The notes: generated by a model from the letters alone, not told the origin. A DNA stretch of 64,000 bases from a candidate division FCPU426 bacterium (GCA_040756875.1 JBFLYH010000001.1:448001-512000), one strand, 5' to 3'. Shown: positions 23,604 to 33,596, numbered from the stretch's first letter. Numbers and translations: made by a program.

Positions 23604-26600
23604 ATGCACAGTCGGATGCGTGTGGGCATCATGGCCGCAGGACTTGTCTGCTTCGTTCTGATTCTGACCGCGGGAGTAAGAGCGGAGGATCCTGAAAAAG
23701 TAAAACTGGCCAAGGAAGCCTGGGATCAAGCCTTTGATTCGACCGCGCTGGATATCGAAGACACCAATCTTTCCCAGACGTGGGCGAATTACGCCAAGCA
23801 GTTTGCCGACCAGCCCAGCGCGCCCCGTGCGGCTTATATGGTGGCTGAAGTTCAATTTCAGCAGCGCTTTTACGACAAGGCAGCTTCGGCGTACCAGGAA
23901 TTTCTTAAGAAATACCCACGGGAAACCTTTTCTGATTCGGCCGCGTATCGCTATGCGGAATGCGCATACAATCTGAAGGATTACAAGGAAGCGCTGGTGC
24001 GATGGGATCAGTTGTTGGATAAATATCCCGCTACTTTTCTGCGCGCCGAAGCTTTGTACGGTCAAATCCTCTGCCACATCGTACGCCGTAAATGGCGCGA
24101 TGCGTCGGAAACCATCGAACGCCTGACCAGTCGCTATCCTTATTACCGAAAAGTGCAGAAAATCAAACTGCCGTTGGGATTGGTTTATTTCCAGAACCAT
24201 CAATATGCCCAGGCTATGCAGTATTTCATGAGCCTGGAAGGCGATATGGCGACTTACTACATCGGGCGTTGCCAGGAAAACCTCGGACAGTTTCTGCCGG
24301 CGGCAGCCAATTATAAAAAGATCATCGAGCAATTTCCAAATTCGATTTATCTTCTGGATGCCGCCTACAGCAAGGCGGACGCCTATTACAAAGGACAGAA
24401 TTACACGGTGGCGGTCAGGGAGTTTCAGGATTTTTTAAAAAAATATCCTGATTCGAAGTTCCGCCCCTATGCGCTCTATAAAATGGCGGTCAGTCAGATG
24501 CGCCAGGAAAATTACGCTGATGCGCTTAAGAATTTGGAAAGCTTGCTGGCCCAGGCCGAACGGTCGCAGCTGGCGGCTAATGCGCTCTATCTGAAAGGGG
24601 AGTGCCTGTCGAAACTCTCCAAGCCCGAACAGGCGGTTGCCACCTATAATCAGGTTTTCACAGAATATCCCAACACCTATGTTTCGGGAAGCGCCAAGTT
24701 TAAGGCCGGTTGGGTGATGCTGCGGAGCGGGGAATCCGCGCAAGCCATGCGGACGTTCAAGGAATTTTTAACCACCTACCCAATCCACGAGAACGTGCAA
24801 TTAGCCACCTATTTGCTCGGGAACAGTTATTTCAAGCAGGAACTGTATGCGCAGGCCATCCCGATCTATCAAGATATTTTAATGAAATACAAGTATTCGG
24901 ACGTCTCTGACGCGGCCTTGGCGGCGCTGCAGATGGCTTATTATATTCCGAAGCAATATGAGCAGTTGATCTCCACCACGCATTACATCCTCAAAGTCCT
25001 GTCCGCCAATTTCCCGCCGTCCAAGAGCACGTGGCGCTCGCTGTCGTATTTTTATTTGGGCGAAGCTTATTACCATATGGATATGTTTCCCCAGGCTGCG
25101 GGACAATATAAAAAGATCGTCGAAAATTTTTCCGATTCCCCGATTTTAAATTGGGCCAAGCTTGGACTGGCCTACAGCTTGTTTGAAACCGGCGAATTCA
25201 AGGATTCCCGGCGGGCCGCCCAGGATCTGGCGTCGGCTTCCGATGTCCCGGAAAAACTGCGGAACTATGCTTCGCTGATGGTGGCGCACAACCTCTTCAA
25301 TGAAAAGAAATATGAGGATGCGATCGTAAAGTATGAAACCTTTGCCAAGACCAATCCGACGATGCCTGAAGCCGGGGATGCGTATTTCTATGCGGGGCAG
25401 GCGTATTACCAATTGGAATATTATGCCAATGCCATCGAAGCTTGGCAGCGGGTCGTGAAAAATTTTCCGAAAAGTGAAAAAGCGCCGGAAGCAGCCTACC
25501 GCATGGCGGATACCTTTTTCAAAGCGCAGCGCTATGACGAAGCCGTCAGGGGCTTCGAATTGCTTTCCCAGTGGCCGGAAGAAAGCAACCCGTACCGCAA
25601 GGAAATGCAGTTGCGCATCGCCCAGTGCTACTACAACGCGAAGATGGACGATAAAGCCGTGCAAGCGTATACCAAATTCATCAATGAATATCCGGATGAT
25701 CCCAAAGTCAAGGACGCCATGGAGGGAATTCAGCTCAGTTATTACCGCAAAGGCGCCACGGCGGACGCGGTCCCGCAACTTATGGAATTCGTATCCAAGT
25801 TCCCGAACAGCCGCTTGGCGGTGGACGCGTTGTATCGCGTAGGGGAGATTTATTACCAGGAAAAGAAGATGGATCAGACCATTGCGGCCTTCCAACAGCT
25901 GATTGCTGATTATCCGGAAAGCTCTTTATTGCCCAATGCCCAATATTATATCGCCATATGCAATGAAGAACTCGGCAACCGCGATCAGGCCATCCGGAGT
26001 TACGTGGCTTTTATCCGCAATTTCCCCTCGCACGAATTGGTGGTGGATGTCCGCTTCCGTCTGGGTTCGGCATATTTCGCCAAAGAGGATTTTGAGACGG
26101 CTATACAGATTTTCCAGACCATTTTGGATTTGCATCCCAAATCCGATTATGCAGCCAATGCCTTGTATAATATTGCCTTATGCTACAAACGCCTGAAGAA
26201 ATGGCAGTCTGCGATTGAACGGTATACCGAATTTTATCAACGGTTTCCTCAGGACCCCAAAGCCAAAGATTGTTTGATGCAGATTGCTACGACCTACCGC
26301 GAAGAGAAACGCTATCCCTCCGCCATTAAAATATATGAAGAGATGATAGCGAAGCCCGAATTTGCGCAAGAAAAGCCGGAAATTATGTACACGATCGCGG
26401 ATGCTTATATGGAAATGGAAAATAAAGAAGAAGCCGCCAAGGCTTTTGACCGCATGCGCGCCTTGAAACCCAAAGACGATGTTTACCGCTTGACGGCATT
26501 GGCAAAACTGGGTAGTCTGTATGAAGAATTAAACCAATGGGGTAAAGCATACGTCGTTTACGAAGATCTTTCCACTTCCGGCGGCAAGCCCGAATGGACA

Positions 26601-26735
26601 CAAGCCGCAAAAAGCCGCATGTCGATCATCAAATTGGAACATCAAGCGGAAGTGGATGCTGAATTAGGAAGCGCCAAGAGTCCGGCGGCGCAGGGCTCGG
26701 AGAAAAAACCGGAGCCCAAGAAAAAGGCGAAGTAA
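23604..26735 (+). CDS. Large periplasmic tetratricopeptide-repeat protein (CpoB/BamD-like YP.S repeats)
   Basis: Signal peptide; AGGGGA SD before ATG 23604; many TPR pairs of the form A.Y..G..Y.......A...F..II..YP.S. Confidence 0.85.
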   Translation: MHSRMRVGIMAAGLVCFVLILTAGVRAEDPEKVKLAKEAWDQAFDSTALDIEDTNLSQTWANYAKQFADQPSAPRAAYMVAEVQFQQRFYDKAASAYQEFLKKYPRETFSDSAAYRYAECAYNLKDYKEALVRWDQLLDKYPATFLRAEALYGQILCHIVRRKWRDASETIERLTSRYPYYRKVQKIKLPLGLVYFQNHQYAQAMQYFMSLEGDMATYYIGRCQENLGQFLPAAANYKKIIEQFPNSIYLLDAAYSKADAYYKGQNYTVAVREFQDFLKKYPDSKFRPYALYKMAVSQMRQENYADALKNLESLLAQAERSQLAANALYLKGECLSKLSKPEQAVATYNQVFTEYPNTYVSGSAKFKAGWVMLRSGESAQAMRTFKEFLTTYPIHENVQLATYLLGNSYFKQELYAQAIPIYQDILMKYKYSDVSDAALAALQMAYYIPKQYEQLISTTHYILKVLSANFPPSKSTWRSLSYFYLGEAYYHMDMFPQAAGQYKKIVENFSDSPILNWAKLGLAYSLFETGEFKDSRRAAQDLASASDVPEKLRNYASLMVAHNLFNEKKYEDAIVKYETFAKTNPTMPEAGDAYFYAGQAYYQLEYYANAIEAWQRVVKNFPKSEKAPEAAYRMADTFFKAQRYDEAVRGFELLSQWPEESNPYRKEMQLRIAQCYYNAKMDDKAVQAYTKFINEYPDDPKVKDAMEGIQLSYYRKGATADAVPQLMEFVSKFPNSRLAVDALYRVGEIYYQEKKMDQTIAAFQQLIADYPESSLLPNAQYYIAICNEELGNRDQAIRSYVAFIRNFPSHELVVDVRFRLGSAYFAKEDFETAIQIFQTILDLHPKSDYAANALYNIALCYKRLKKWQSAIERYTEFYQRFPQDPKAKDCLMQIATTYREEKRYPSAIKIYEEMIAKPEFAQEKPEIMYTIADAYMEMENKEEAAKAFDRMRALKPKDDVYRLTALAKLGSLYEELNQWGKAYVVYEDLSTSGGKPEWTQAAKSRMSIIKLEHQAEVDAELGSAKSPAAQGSEKKPEPKKKAK

Positions 26736-26777
26736 TATCCCGCCTATCCAAGGCCGGGAGGAAAAAGGGAGGGAAAT

Positions 26778-27428
26778 ATGGAGCTCGGAAATCTGGATTT
26801 TGTTGAAATCTTTCGCAGCAGCTTTACTTTAATGATCTTATTGGTGTGCTCGATTTTGGCTGTGGCCTTTATGATCGAACGCTTCCTTTTTTACCGCCGG
26901 GCCAAAGTGGATTCGACGCGCTTTTTGTCGCGGATAAAGATGTCGATGGAGAACGAAAACTATCAGGAGGCCATAGCGGCCTGTGAACGCGACCGCAGCC
27001 CTGTGGCCGCAGTCTTGCGCGTAGGCCTCTTGAATCGCGAGCTTCCCTATGAACAGCTGGACGAATTGATGGCCGCCACTCGCGAAGAAGAACGCGTGAA
27101 GTTGGAACGCTATTTGGGCGTTTTAGGAACATTGGGCAATTCGTCGCCCTTCATCGGACTGTTTGGAACGGTCGTGGGGATCATCAAAGCGTTTCATGAC
27201 TTGGCAGCGTCCGGTTCGGGCGGTCCCACGGTGGTGGCCGCCGGTATTGCCGAAGCACTGGTTGCCACTGCGGCCGGATTGGCAGTCGCCATTCCCTGCG
27301 TCATGGTGTTCAATTATTTCATGCGTAAAGTCAAGAACATGTCCGTGGAGATGGAAGCGGTCTCCAAACGTTTTCTCGTTATATTAACCGGAAAAGAAGC
27401 CGAGAGCACGTCCTCGCGCAGGCGATAG
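26778..27428 (+). CDS. MotA/TolQ/ExbB proton-channel family protein
   Basis: LGTLGNSSPFIGLFGTVVGII...GIAEALVATAAGLAVAIP motif; three TM segments. Confidence 0.92.
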   Translation: MELGNLDFVEIFRSSFTLMILLVCSILAVAFMIERFLFYRRAKVDSTRFLSRIKMSMENENYQEAIAACERDRSPVAAVLRVGLLNRELPYEQLDELMAATREEERVKLERYLGVLGTLGNSSPFIGLFGTVVGIIKAFHDLAASGSGGPTVVAAGIAEALVATAAGLAVAIPCVMVFNYFMRKVKNMSVEMEAVSKRFLVILTGKEAESTSSRRR

Positions 27429-27468
27429 CCGGAGCAGCGGAACCATTACGGCAACGGGGGTTTGAACC

Positions 27469-27915
27469 ATGGGAATGGCAGCAGGCGCAGAAGATGCCAT
27501 CACCGACATCAATGTAACACCATTGGTTGACGTATGTCTGGTTTTGGTGATTATTTTCATGGTTACCGCCCCCTTGGCCATGCAGGCGGGCATCATCGTG
27601 GCAAGCAGCAAAGTGGATGCGGCTGAAGGCCAGGTATCGCAAAACGAATCCGTGGCCGTACGCTTGACGGCGGATAAAATGTATTTAAACGACCGCCTGG
27701 TCACTTTGGAAACCCTGCCGCCGCTGATAACCGCCAAGCTGAAAGTTAATAAGAAGAAAGTGGTGACAATTACCGCCGACGAAGATGTCAAACACGGCAT
27801 TATTGTGGCGGTGTTGGACATTTCCAAGCAAAGCGGTGCGGAAGGATTGTCCATCATGCGCAAGCCGGTGATGGGGCAGTTAGATAGTAAAAAGAAAAAA
27901 AGTAGGAAACGTTAG
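27469..27915 (+). CDS. ExbD/TolR family protein (copy 1)
   Basis: INVTPLVDVCLVLVIIFMVTAP TM segment with the conserved Asp; ITADEDVKHG periplasmic motif. Confidence 0.92.
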   Translation: MGMAAGAEDAITDINVTPLVDVCLVLVIIFMVTAPLAMQAGIIVASSKVDAAEGQVSQNESVAVRLTADKMYLNDRLVTLETLPPLITAKLKVNKKKVVTITADEDVKHGIIVAVLDISKQSGAEGLSIMRKPVMGQLDSKKKKSRKR

Positions 27916-27927
27916 GAGGGATTGGCA

Positions 27928-28335
27928 ATGGGTGGCGGCGCTGGTGCATCTGACGAACCCATCACAGCGATCAATGTCACGCCGTTGGTGGATGTTTGTC
28001 TTGTCTTGGTGATTATTTTTATGGTTACGGCTCCTCTGTTTAGCCAGCCGGTCATGAAAGTGGAATTGCCTAAAGCGGTTACGGATGAAGGCGAATCCAC
28101 CGAAAACATCACCATTACCATAGATCCGGACGAACGGATAGCCGTGAATTCGAAGGAAGTCACCTTCGACGAACTGAAGCCGGAATTGAAGATGAAACTT
28201 CAGGAAAGTGCCGAAAAATACGTCATTATTCGCGCGGACAATCTGACCAATCACGGCATTGTATTGAAAGCCCTGGATTTGGCGAAGGAACTGGGCGCGA
28301 AAAAAATGGTATTCGCGACCGAACATAAAAAATAA
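27928..28335 (+). CDS. ExbD/TolR family protein (copy 2)
   Basis: INVTPLVDVCLVLVIIFMVTAP, VELPKA and IRAD motifs; AGGAGG SD. Confidence 0.92.
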   Translation: MGGGAGASDEPITAINVTPLVDVCLVLVIIFMVTAPLFSQPVMKVELPKAVTDEGESTENITITIDPDERIAVNSKEVTFDELKPELKMKLQESAEKYVIIRADNLTNHGIVLKALDLAKELGAKKMVFATEHKK

Positions 28336-28359
28336 CGTTTGCCGACAGAGGCACCGGGT

Positions 28360-29397
28360 ATGAGCAGAATCAGAGTCATTATAGATGAAGAGGAACGGTT
28401 TGCCGCGGATTATGACATTCCCGGTTTGACCAAGGGCAGTTTTGCATCGCTGCTTATGCATGCTTCAATATTTTTCCTGGTTTTTATGGTGTCACATCAA
28501 CAGAAAAAAGCTGAAGTTTTGCTTACCGAAATCACGCTTGTGGATCAAATTATACCGATTCCCGAGGAAGAGGCGCCTCCGCCCATGCCGGTGGCCCCGC
28601 CGGAACAAAAAAATGTCTGGGATTTTCTGAAGCAAGCTATTCCGTTGAAAGCCAAACCCGAGGAACTGGCTTCCCAGCTGCCAATCGACCTGCCCAAGAA
28701 AGAGGCTGCGCCGGCCATGGCACAAATGCCGGATGCGCTGAAATTGGGCAGTAAAAAAGATCTCGATAAGCCTGCGATCGGCGATAAACCGCTGGATTTG
28801 GTGGGGCGTAAAGCCGTCGAAGCTCCTGCGGGCATGAATGTCAATCCTCTGCAAATGAACCAGCGCCGCGATTCGCTTGCCAGCGCGGCGAATTTACCAA
28901 CAGGCGTCAGTTTGGGAAAAAAGAGCAGCTTTTTGCCCGGGCAGCAGATGCCCGTTGTGGATACGCAGCAATTCGCGCGCCGTGCCAATTTGCAGGCCCG
29001 GGGCGGGTCGCTGGCGGACATGCCCGCTTTGCAAAAGCCGGCGGAAAAGAAGAAAATGGAGTTTGACACTTCGCAGTTGAATATTTCCAGGGATCAGAAC
29101 ACCTTCAAGATTTTCGGCCCTTTGAAGGACCGGCAGATTCTGGAAAAATATCTGCCTCGTTATCCCCGCTGGGCCGAGGAGCAGGGCCTGGAAGGGTCGG
29201 TTAGCCTGCACTTTTTCGTATTTCCCAACGGCATGGTTAAAAATAACATTTTTGTCGAACAGAGTTCTGGTTATTCCGAAATGGACGGTTTGGCCATGAA
29301 AGCCCTGCAGGCGTTCAAATTCGCTCCACTGCCCGCTAGCGAGCGGCAGGAAGAACAAGAAGGTGTTATCGTATTCTATTTCAGGTTGTCGAGGTGA
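28360..29397 (+). CDS. TonB family energy transducer
   Basis: TM anchor SLLMH (SxxxH), Pro-rich linker, C-terminal PRYPRWAEEQGLEGSV.L.F.V...G.V....V..SSG...D..A. Start is ATG 28360 or TTG 28339. Confidence 0.88.
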   Translation: MSRIRVIIDEEERFAADYDIPGLTKGSFASLLMHASIFFLVFMVSHQQKKAEVLLTEITLVDQIIPIPEEEAPPPMPVAPPEQKNVWDFLKQAIPLKAKPEELASQLPIDLPKKEAAPAMAQMPDALKLGSKKDLDKPAIGDKPLDLVGRKAVEAPAGMNVNPLQMNQRRDSLASAANLPTGVSLGKKSSFLPGQQMPVVDTQQFARRANLQARGGSLADMPALQKPAEKKKMEFDTSQLNISRDQNTFKIFGPLKDRQILEKYLPRYPRWAEEQGLEGSVSLHFFVFPNGMVKNNIFVEQSSGYSEMDGLAMKALQAFKFAPLPASERQEEQEGVIVFYFRLSR

Positions 29398-29404
29398 ACT
29401 GATT

Positions 29405-30343
29405 ATGATCAGGCGCGTCACCCTCAGTATCATCGCTTTTTTTTGCCTGGCCGTGTATCCCGCTTTTCAGCTTTTAGCCGCGGAGGATCAGAAATCGGAT
29501 CAATTGGCCGGCGCCCCGGAAAAGAAAACTGAAGAGAAAACCGACAGCAGCCAGGAAGTGGTCATTAAAGGCGTTCAGCGCCTGAAAGTAAAAGTCGTAA
29601 AGCCCGAACCGGATATTTCCTTTGACGTGGACGAGATTGCGGTACCCTATGTAGTGACTGAAGACAGCGTGCTGGATATTTCACCCACCTCCATGACGGA
29701 CCCGCAAATTTCGGTGCCGTCAACCTTGAACAGCGCACAGGCGGCTTCGCCTTTTATACAGCTGTTCAAACGGCCGCCGATTTTAACACTCAACCCCCGA
29801 TACAACAGTCAAGTCAACATCAGCAAATGGTCGCTGCGGATAACCGACGGATTCGGCAATGTGTTCAAGAATTTTACGGGCGAAGGCTCCCTCCCCAAAC
29901 AGATCATTTGGGACGGGACGGACAAAAATAAGCAAATGCTTGATATTGGCACTTCGTATTCCTATATTTTTTCCATTGTCGACGTCGCCTCCAACCCCAC
30001 GAGCCAGATGGGCAAACCGGTGATTTTGGAATCCCTTTTGTACGAGGAAAACGGCGAATTGATCGCGCAGGTTACAAGCGAGGTTATGTTTGAAAAAGGC
30101 GAGCGCAAGACCACGATCAGCCAGAAAGGCCAGCTGTATTTGCGGGAAGTGGCGGATCTGATTACTTCGCGGCAAAATTTCCCAGTGCAATTGGAAGCGT
30201 ACGCCAAGGATCTTGACGATGCCAGTGCCAAGGGGGAAATCATCCAGGATTACCTGGTTGAGCGTTTGACGATACCCAAGGAAAATATTAAACTGACTCC
30301 GCGCAAATCGCGGATCGCGAAAATACTTTTTAAGATTAAGTAA
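29405..30343 (+). CDS. Exported protein with FlgD-Ig-like module and degenerate OmpA-like C-terminal domain
   Basis: Signal peptide after GAGGTG SD; KWSLRITDGFG...PKQIIWDGTD; VMFEKG...LREVADLI...LEAYA...IIQDYL. Confidence 0.6.
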   Translation: MIRRVTLSIIAFFCLAVYPAFQLLAAEDQKSDQLAGAPEKKTEEKTDSSQEVVIKGVQRLKVKVVKPEPDISFDVDEIAVPYVVTEDSVLDISPTSMTDPQISVPSTLNSAQAASPFIQLFKRPPILTLNPRYNSQVNISKWSLRITDGFGNVFKNFTGEGSLPKQIIWDGTDKNKQMLDIGTSYSYIFSIVDVASNPTSQMGKPVILESLLYEENGELIAQVTSEVMFEKGERKTTISQKGQLYLREVADLITSRQNFPVQLEAYAKDLDDASAKGEIIQDYLVERLTIPKENIKLTPRKSRIAKILFKIK

Positions 30344-30349
30344 AAATCT

Positions 30350-30480
30350 GAATAGGCCTTCGGGGCGGGGTGAAAATCCCCACCGGCGGTGACAGCCCGC
30401 GAGTCCCGGGCAATGCCCGGGATTGATCCGGTGTAATTCCGGAGCCGACCGTTATAGTCGGGAAGGGAGAAGGCATGGGA
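30350..30480 (+). ncRNA. FMN riboswitch (RFN element)
   Basis: CGGGGCGGGGTGAAAATCCCCACCGGCGGT...AGCCCGCGAG...GATCCGGTGTAATTCCGGAGCCGAC.GT.ATAGTC.GGA.GGGAGAAG matches the RFN consensus; directly upstream of the rib operon. Confidence 0.95.
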
Positions 30481-30502
30481 TGTCGTTATTGGACATCGTT
30501 TT

Positions 30503-30535
30503 AAACCCCGAAGCCTATGGTTTCGGGGTTTTTTT
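30503..30535 (+). terminator. Riboswitch-controlled intrinsic terminator
   Basis: AAACCCCGAAGCC-TAT-GGTTTCGGGGTTT stem-loop followed by a U tract that abuts the ribD ATG. Confidence 0.85.
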
Positions 30536-31681
30536 ATGGCCTTAAACCAAGACGAAAAGTTTATATACATGGCCATTGATTTAGCCCGCCGGGGATGGGG
30601 CCGGACATGGCCAAATCCCATGGTTGGAGCGGTAGTGGTTAAGGACGGCTATATCCTCGGCCAGGGGTGGCATCGCCGGTGGGGAGGCCCCCACGCTGAA
30701 GTGTATGCCTTGCGGCAGGCTGGCAGACGTGCAAAAGATGCAACATTGTATTTGAATCTGGAACCTTGCTCGCATTTCGGCAAAACACCTCCGTGCGCGT
30801 TGGCCGTGATTCAAGCGCGGATCAAGCGGGTCGTTTGCTCCATGCAGGATCCCAACCCGAAGGTTTCGGGGAAAGGATTTCGGCTTCTCCGGCAGGCAGG
30901 GATTAGAGTGGATGTGGGTCTGATGAAAAGGGAAGCCGCCCGCTTGAATGAAGTCTTTTGCAAACGCATAACCACAGGTTACCCTTTTGTAGTGAATAAA
31001 GCGGCGATTTCAGCCGACGGAAAAATTGCCTGCGCCAATGGCGAATCACGCTGGATAACAGGTTTGACATCCAGGAGATACGCCCATACCTTGCGGGCGC
31101 TGGCCGATGCGATCGTTGTAGGCATGGGGACGGTATGGGAGGATGATCCGCGGCTGACTCGGAGGTTGTCTCCGGCCATTCCCGGGCGCAAGCTGATGCG
31201 GATTATACTGGCGGGAAGGCGGCCAGTTCCTGCGGATGCCGCCGTGCTTAAGAAAAAAAGCAGCTGCCGCACGGTGGTTATATCAGCAAAGCGCATTCAT
31301 TCCGACAAATTGCCGAAGCATGTCGAGGTTTGGCACCTGCCAGGCCGGAACGGCCAGGCGGATTTGAAAGGTATGTTGCGGCGTCTGGGAGAAGAAGGCG
31401 CTAGTTATGTGCTGGTGGAGGGAGGAGCCGAAGTCCATGCCGGATTTTTGGGCTGCCAGCACCCGGGCGACGAGGTTTTATCGGATCAGGTGCAGTTTAT
31501 TTATTCGCCAAAAATCATCGGGGGAAGAACTAGCTTGGGTCCTGTGGGCGGCGCAGGCGTGGAAAATCCCGCTCAGGCGATTGCCTTGGAAAAAGGTGAG
31601 TGGCGACCCCTTGGGCAGGATCGACTCTTTCTTGCCTATCCGCGCAAACGGCAGGCGCAAAAGCCAGGTGGAGGGGACTGA
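30536..31681 (+). CDS. ribD: Bifunctional riboflavin deaminase/reductase
   Basis: PNPMVGAV, HAEV, LEPCSHFGKTPPC Zn motif, SADGKIA, VEGG. Confidence 0.96.
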   Translation: MALNQDEKFIYMAIDLARRGWGRTWPNPMVGAVVVKDGYILGQGWHRRWGGPHAEVYALRQAGRRAKDATLYLNLEPCSHFGKTPPCALAVIQARIKRVVCSMQDPNPKVSGKGFRLLRQAGIRVDVGLMKREAARLNEVFCKRITTGYPFVVNKAAISADGKIACANGESRWITGLTSRRYAHTLRALADAIVVGMGTVWEDDPRLTRRLSPAIPGRKLMRIILAGRRPVPADAAVLKKKSSCRTVVISAKRIHSDKLPKHVEVWHLPGRNGQADLKGMLRRLGEEGASYVLVEGGAEVHAGFLGCQHPGDEVLSDQVQFIYSPKIIGGRTSLGPVGGAGVENPAQAIALEKGEWRPLGQDRLFLAYPRKRQAQKPGGGD

Positions 31682-32358
31682 TGTTTACCGGATTGATTCA
31701 TTGCCTGGGAAGGGTGACTTCTGTTGTGCCGGGGGCCGAGGTGCTCCGTGTGGCTATCGCCACCCGAAATTTAAAACCCGAAACGATAGGCGTCGGGGAT
31801 TCCGTGGCCGTCAACGGGATCTGCTTAACATTAGTGGGGCGCAGCAGCCATGCCTTTGTGGCCGAGGCCAGCCAGGAAACCAGGCGCAGAACCACTTTGG
31901 GAATGTGGAAGGCGGGAGATGAGGTCAATTTGGAGCCGGCCTTGTCTGTGAACGGAAAGCTGGACGGGCATTGGGTCGCGGGCCATATCGATGAGATAGC
32001 CGTTATGCGCTCGTTGGTATCCCAAGGAGATGGATGCATCATGGAATTCACTACCCAACCGCGCCTGATGAAGTTTATTGCGGAAAAGGGGTCGGTGGCG
32101 CTTGACGGCGTCAGCTTGACGGTTTCAAGTTTAAAGAAACAAGACACATTTGCTGTAGCGGTCATTCCGCATACGCTCCGGAACACCACACTAGGAAAAT
32201 GGAAAGTGGGAAAAAAGGTGAATCTCGAGGTGGATTTACTGGCCCGATATGCCGAGCGTTTGCTGGCGGTAGGCCGTTTGGACGGCGGGTTGACGCGGGA
32301 AAAATTGGCGGCAGCCGGATTTGACGAAACCGGAGAAGTGGAGCAGACATCGTGGTGA
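31681..32358 (+). CDS. ribE: Riboflavin synthase (alpha subunit)
   Basis: MFTGLI N-terminus (ATG overlaps the ribD TGA), [28 protein letters not shown]. Confidence 0.95.
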   Translation: MFTGLIHCLGRVTSVVPGAEVLRVAIATRNLKPETIGVGDSVAVNGICLTLVGRSSHAFVAEASQETRRRTTLGMWKAGDEVNLEPALSVNGKLDGHWVAGHIDEIAVMRSLVSQGDGCIMEFTTQPRLMKFIAEKGSVALDGVSLTVSSLKKQDTFAVAVIPHTLRNTTLGKWKVGKKVNLEVDLLARYAERLLAVGRLDGGLTREKLAAAGFDETGEVEQTSW

Positions 32359-33551
32359 AGATCAACCAAGCGTTGGAGGATATACGCAAAGGCAAAATGG
32401 TCGTGGTCGTTGACGACGAGGATCGGGAGAACGAAGGTGATCTCCTGATGGTCGCCGAGAAGGCGACCCCTCAGACCGTTAATTTCATGGCGAGGTTCGG
32501 GCGAGGCTTGATTTGCGTGCCTATGACCGGGGAGCATCTGGATCGATTGAGCCTGGGCGACATGGTCAGCGCCAATACGGACCGCTTAAGGACGGCGTTT
32601 ACGGTGTCAGTGGACGCGAAGACCGGAGTAACCACCGGCATATCAGCCCATGACAGGGCTCATACCATAAGAATGCTGATCAACCCGGCCACGCAACCGG
32701 CGGATTTGGTGAAACCCGGGCATATTTTCCCCTTACGCGCCCGCGAGGGGGGCGTCTTGAGCAGGGCAGGACATACCGAAGCGGCTGTCGATTTGGCCCG
32801 TTTGGCAGGCATGATTCCTGCCGGGGTTATTTGCGAGATCATGAACGATGATGGCACCATGGCCCGCTTGCCGCAATTGAGGCGATTCGCCCGGCGACAT
32901 GGATTGAAAATCATAAGCATTGCCGATTTGATAAAATTCCGTAGGCGCCATGAAAAGCTGGTGGCACGGGCGGCTCAAACAAATCTGCAAACCAAGTGGG
33001 GAACCTTTAAGTTGATCGCTTACGAGTCATTGGGAGAGCCGGGACCTCATTTGGCTCTGGTCAAAGGAGACATCGAAAAGCAGGGCAAACGTCTGCCTTT
33101 GGTGAGGGTGCATTCGGAATGCCTGACCGGAGACATCTTGGGTTCCATGCGCTGCGATTGCGGTGATCAATTGCATAAAGCCATGCAAATGATCGATAAA
33201 TCCGGTTTAGGTGTATTGCTGTATATGCGCCAGGAAGGACGAGGGATAGGCCTGATTAACAAGCTGAAAGCGTATCATTTACAGGACCACGGCTTGGATA
33301 CGGTTGAAGCCAACGAGAAATTGGGATTTCCGGCGGATTTGAGGGATTATGGGACCGGAGCTCAAATTTTAGCTGATCTGGGTCTGAAGCGCATTGCCTT
33401 AATTACGAATAATCCCAGGAAAATAATTGGTTTATCAGGTTATGGACTCGTGATAACCAAGCGAATTCCTCTTCAAGTTAAATATTCAGAAACGAACATT
33501 AACTATATTAAAACCAAGAAAAATAAGCTTGGGCATTATTTGAAAGTATAA
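32352..33551 (+). CDS. ribBA: 3,4-DHBP synthase / GTP cyclohydrolase II
   Basis: [27 protein letters not shown]...[13 protein letters not shown]. Confidence 0.96.
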   Translation: MVKINQALEDIRKGKMVVVVDDEDRENEGDLLMVAEKATPQTVNFMARFGRGLICVPMTGEHLDRLSLGDMVSANTDRLRTAFTVSVDAKTGVTTGISAHDRAHTIRMLINPATQPADLVKPGHIFPLRAREGGVLSRAGHTEAAVDLARLAGMIPAGVICEIMNDDGTMARLPQLRRFARRHGLKIISIADLIKFRRRHEKLVARAAQTNLQTKWGTFKLIAYESLGEPGPHLALVKGDIEKQGKRLPLVRVHSECLTGDILGSMRCDCGDQLHKAMQMIDKSGLGVLLYMRQEGRGIGLINKLKAYHLQDHGLDTVEANEKLGFPADLRDYGTGAQILADLGLKRIALITNNPRKIIGLSGYGLVITKRIPLQVKYSETNINYIKTKKNKLGHYLKV

Positions 33552-33596
33552 CGCCTCAGATTAAGGCGGAAAACTGCAAAAGTGAGGTATGCTAGC

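Noticed and set aside
26778-29397. Canonical Tol-Pal operon or flagellar MotAB
   Set aside because: No tolB or pal. The partners have ExbD-type rather than MotB-type periplasmic domains, and there are no flagellar genes; the FlgD-like domains here are not hook-cap proteins.
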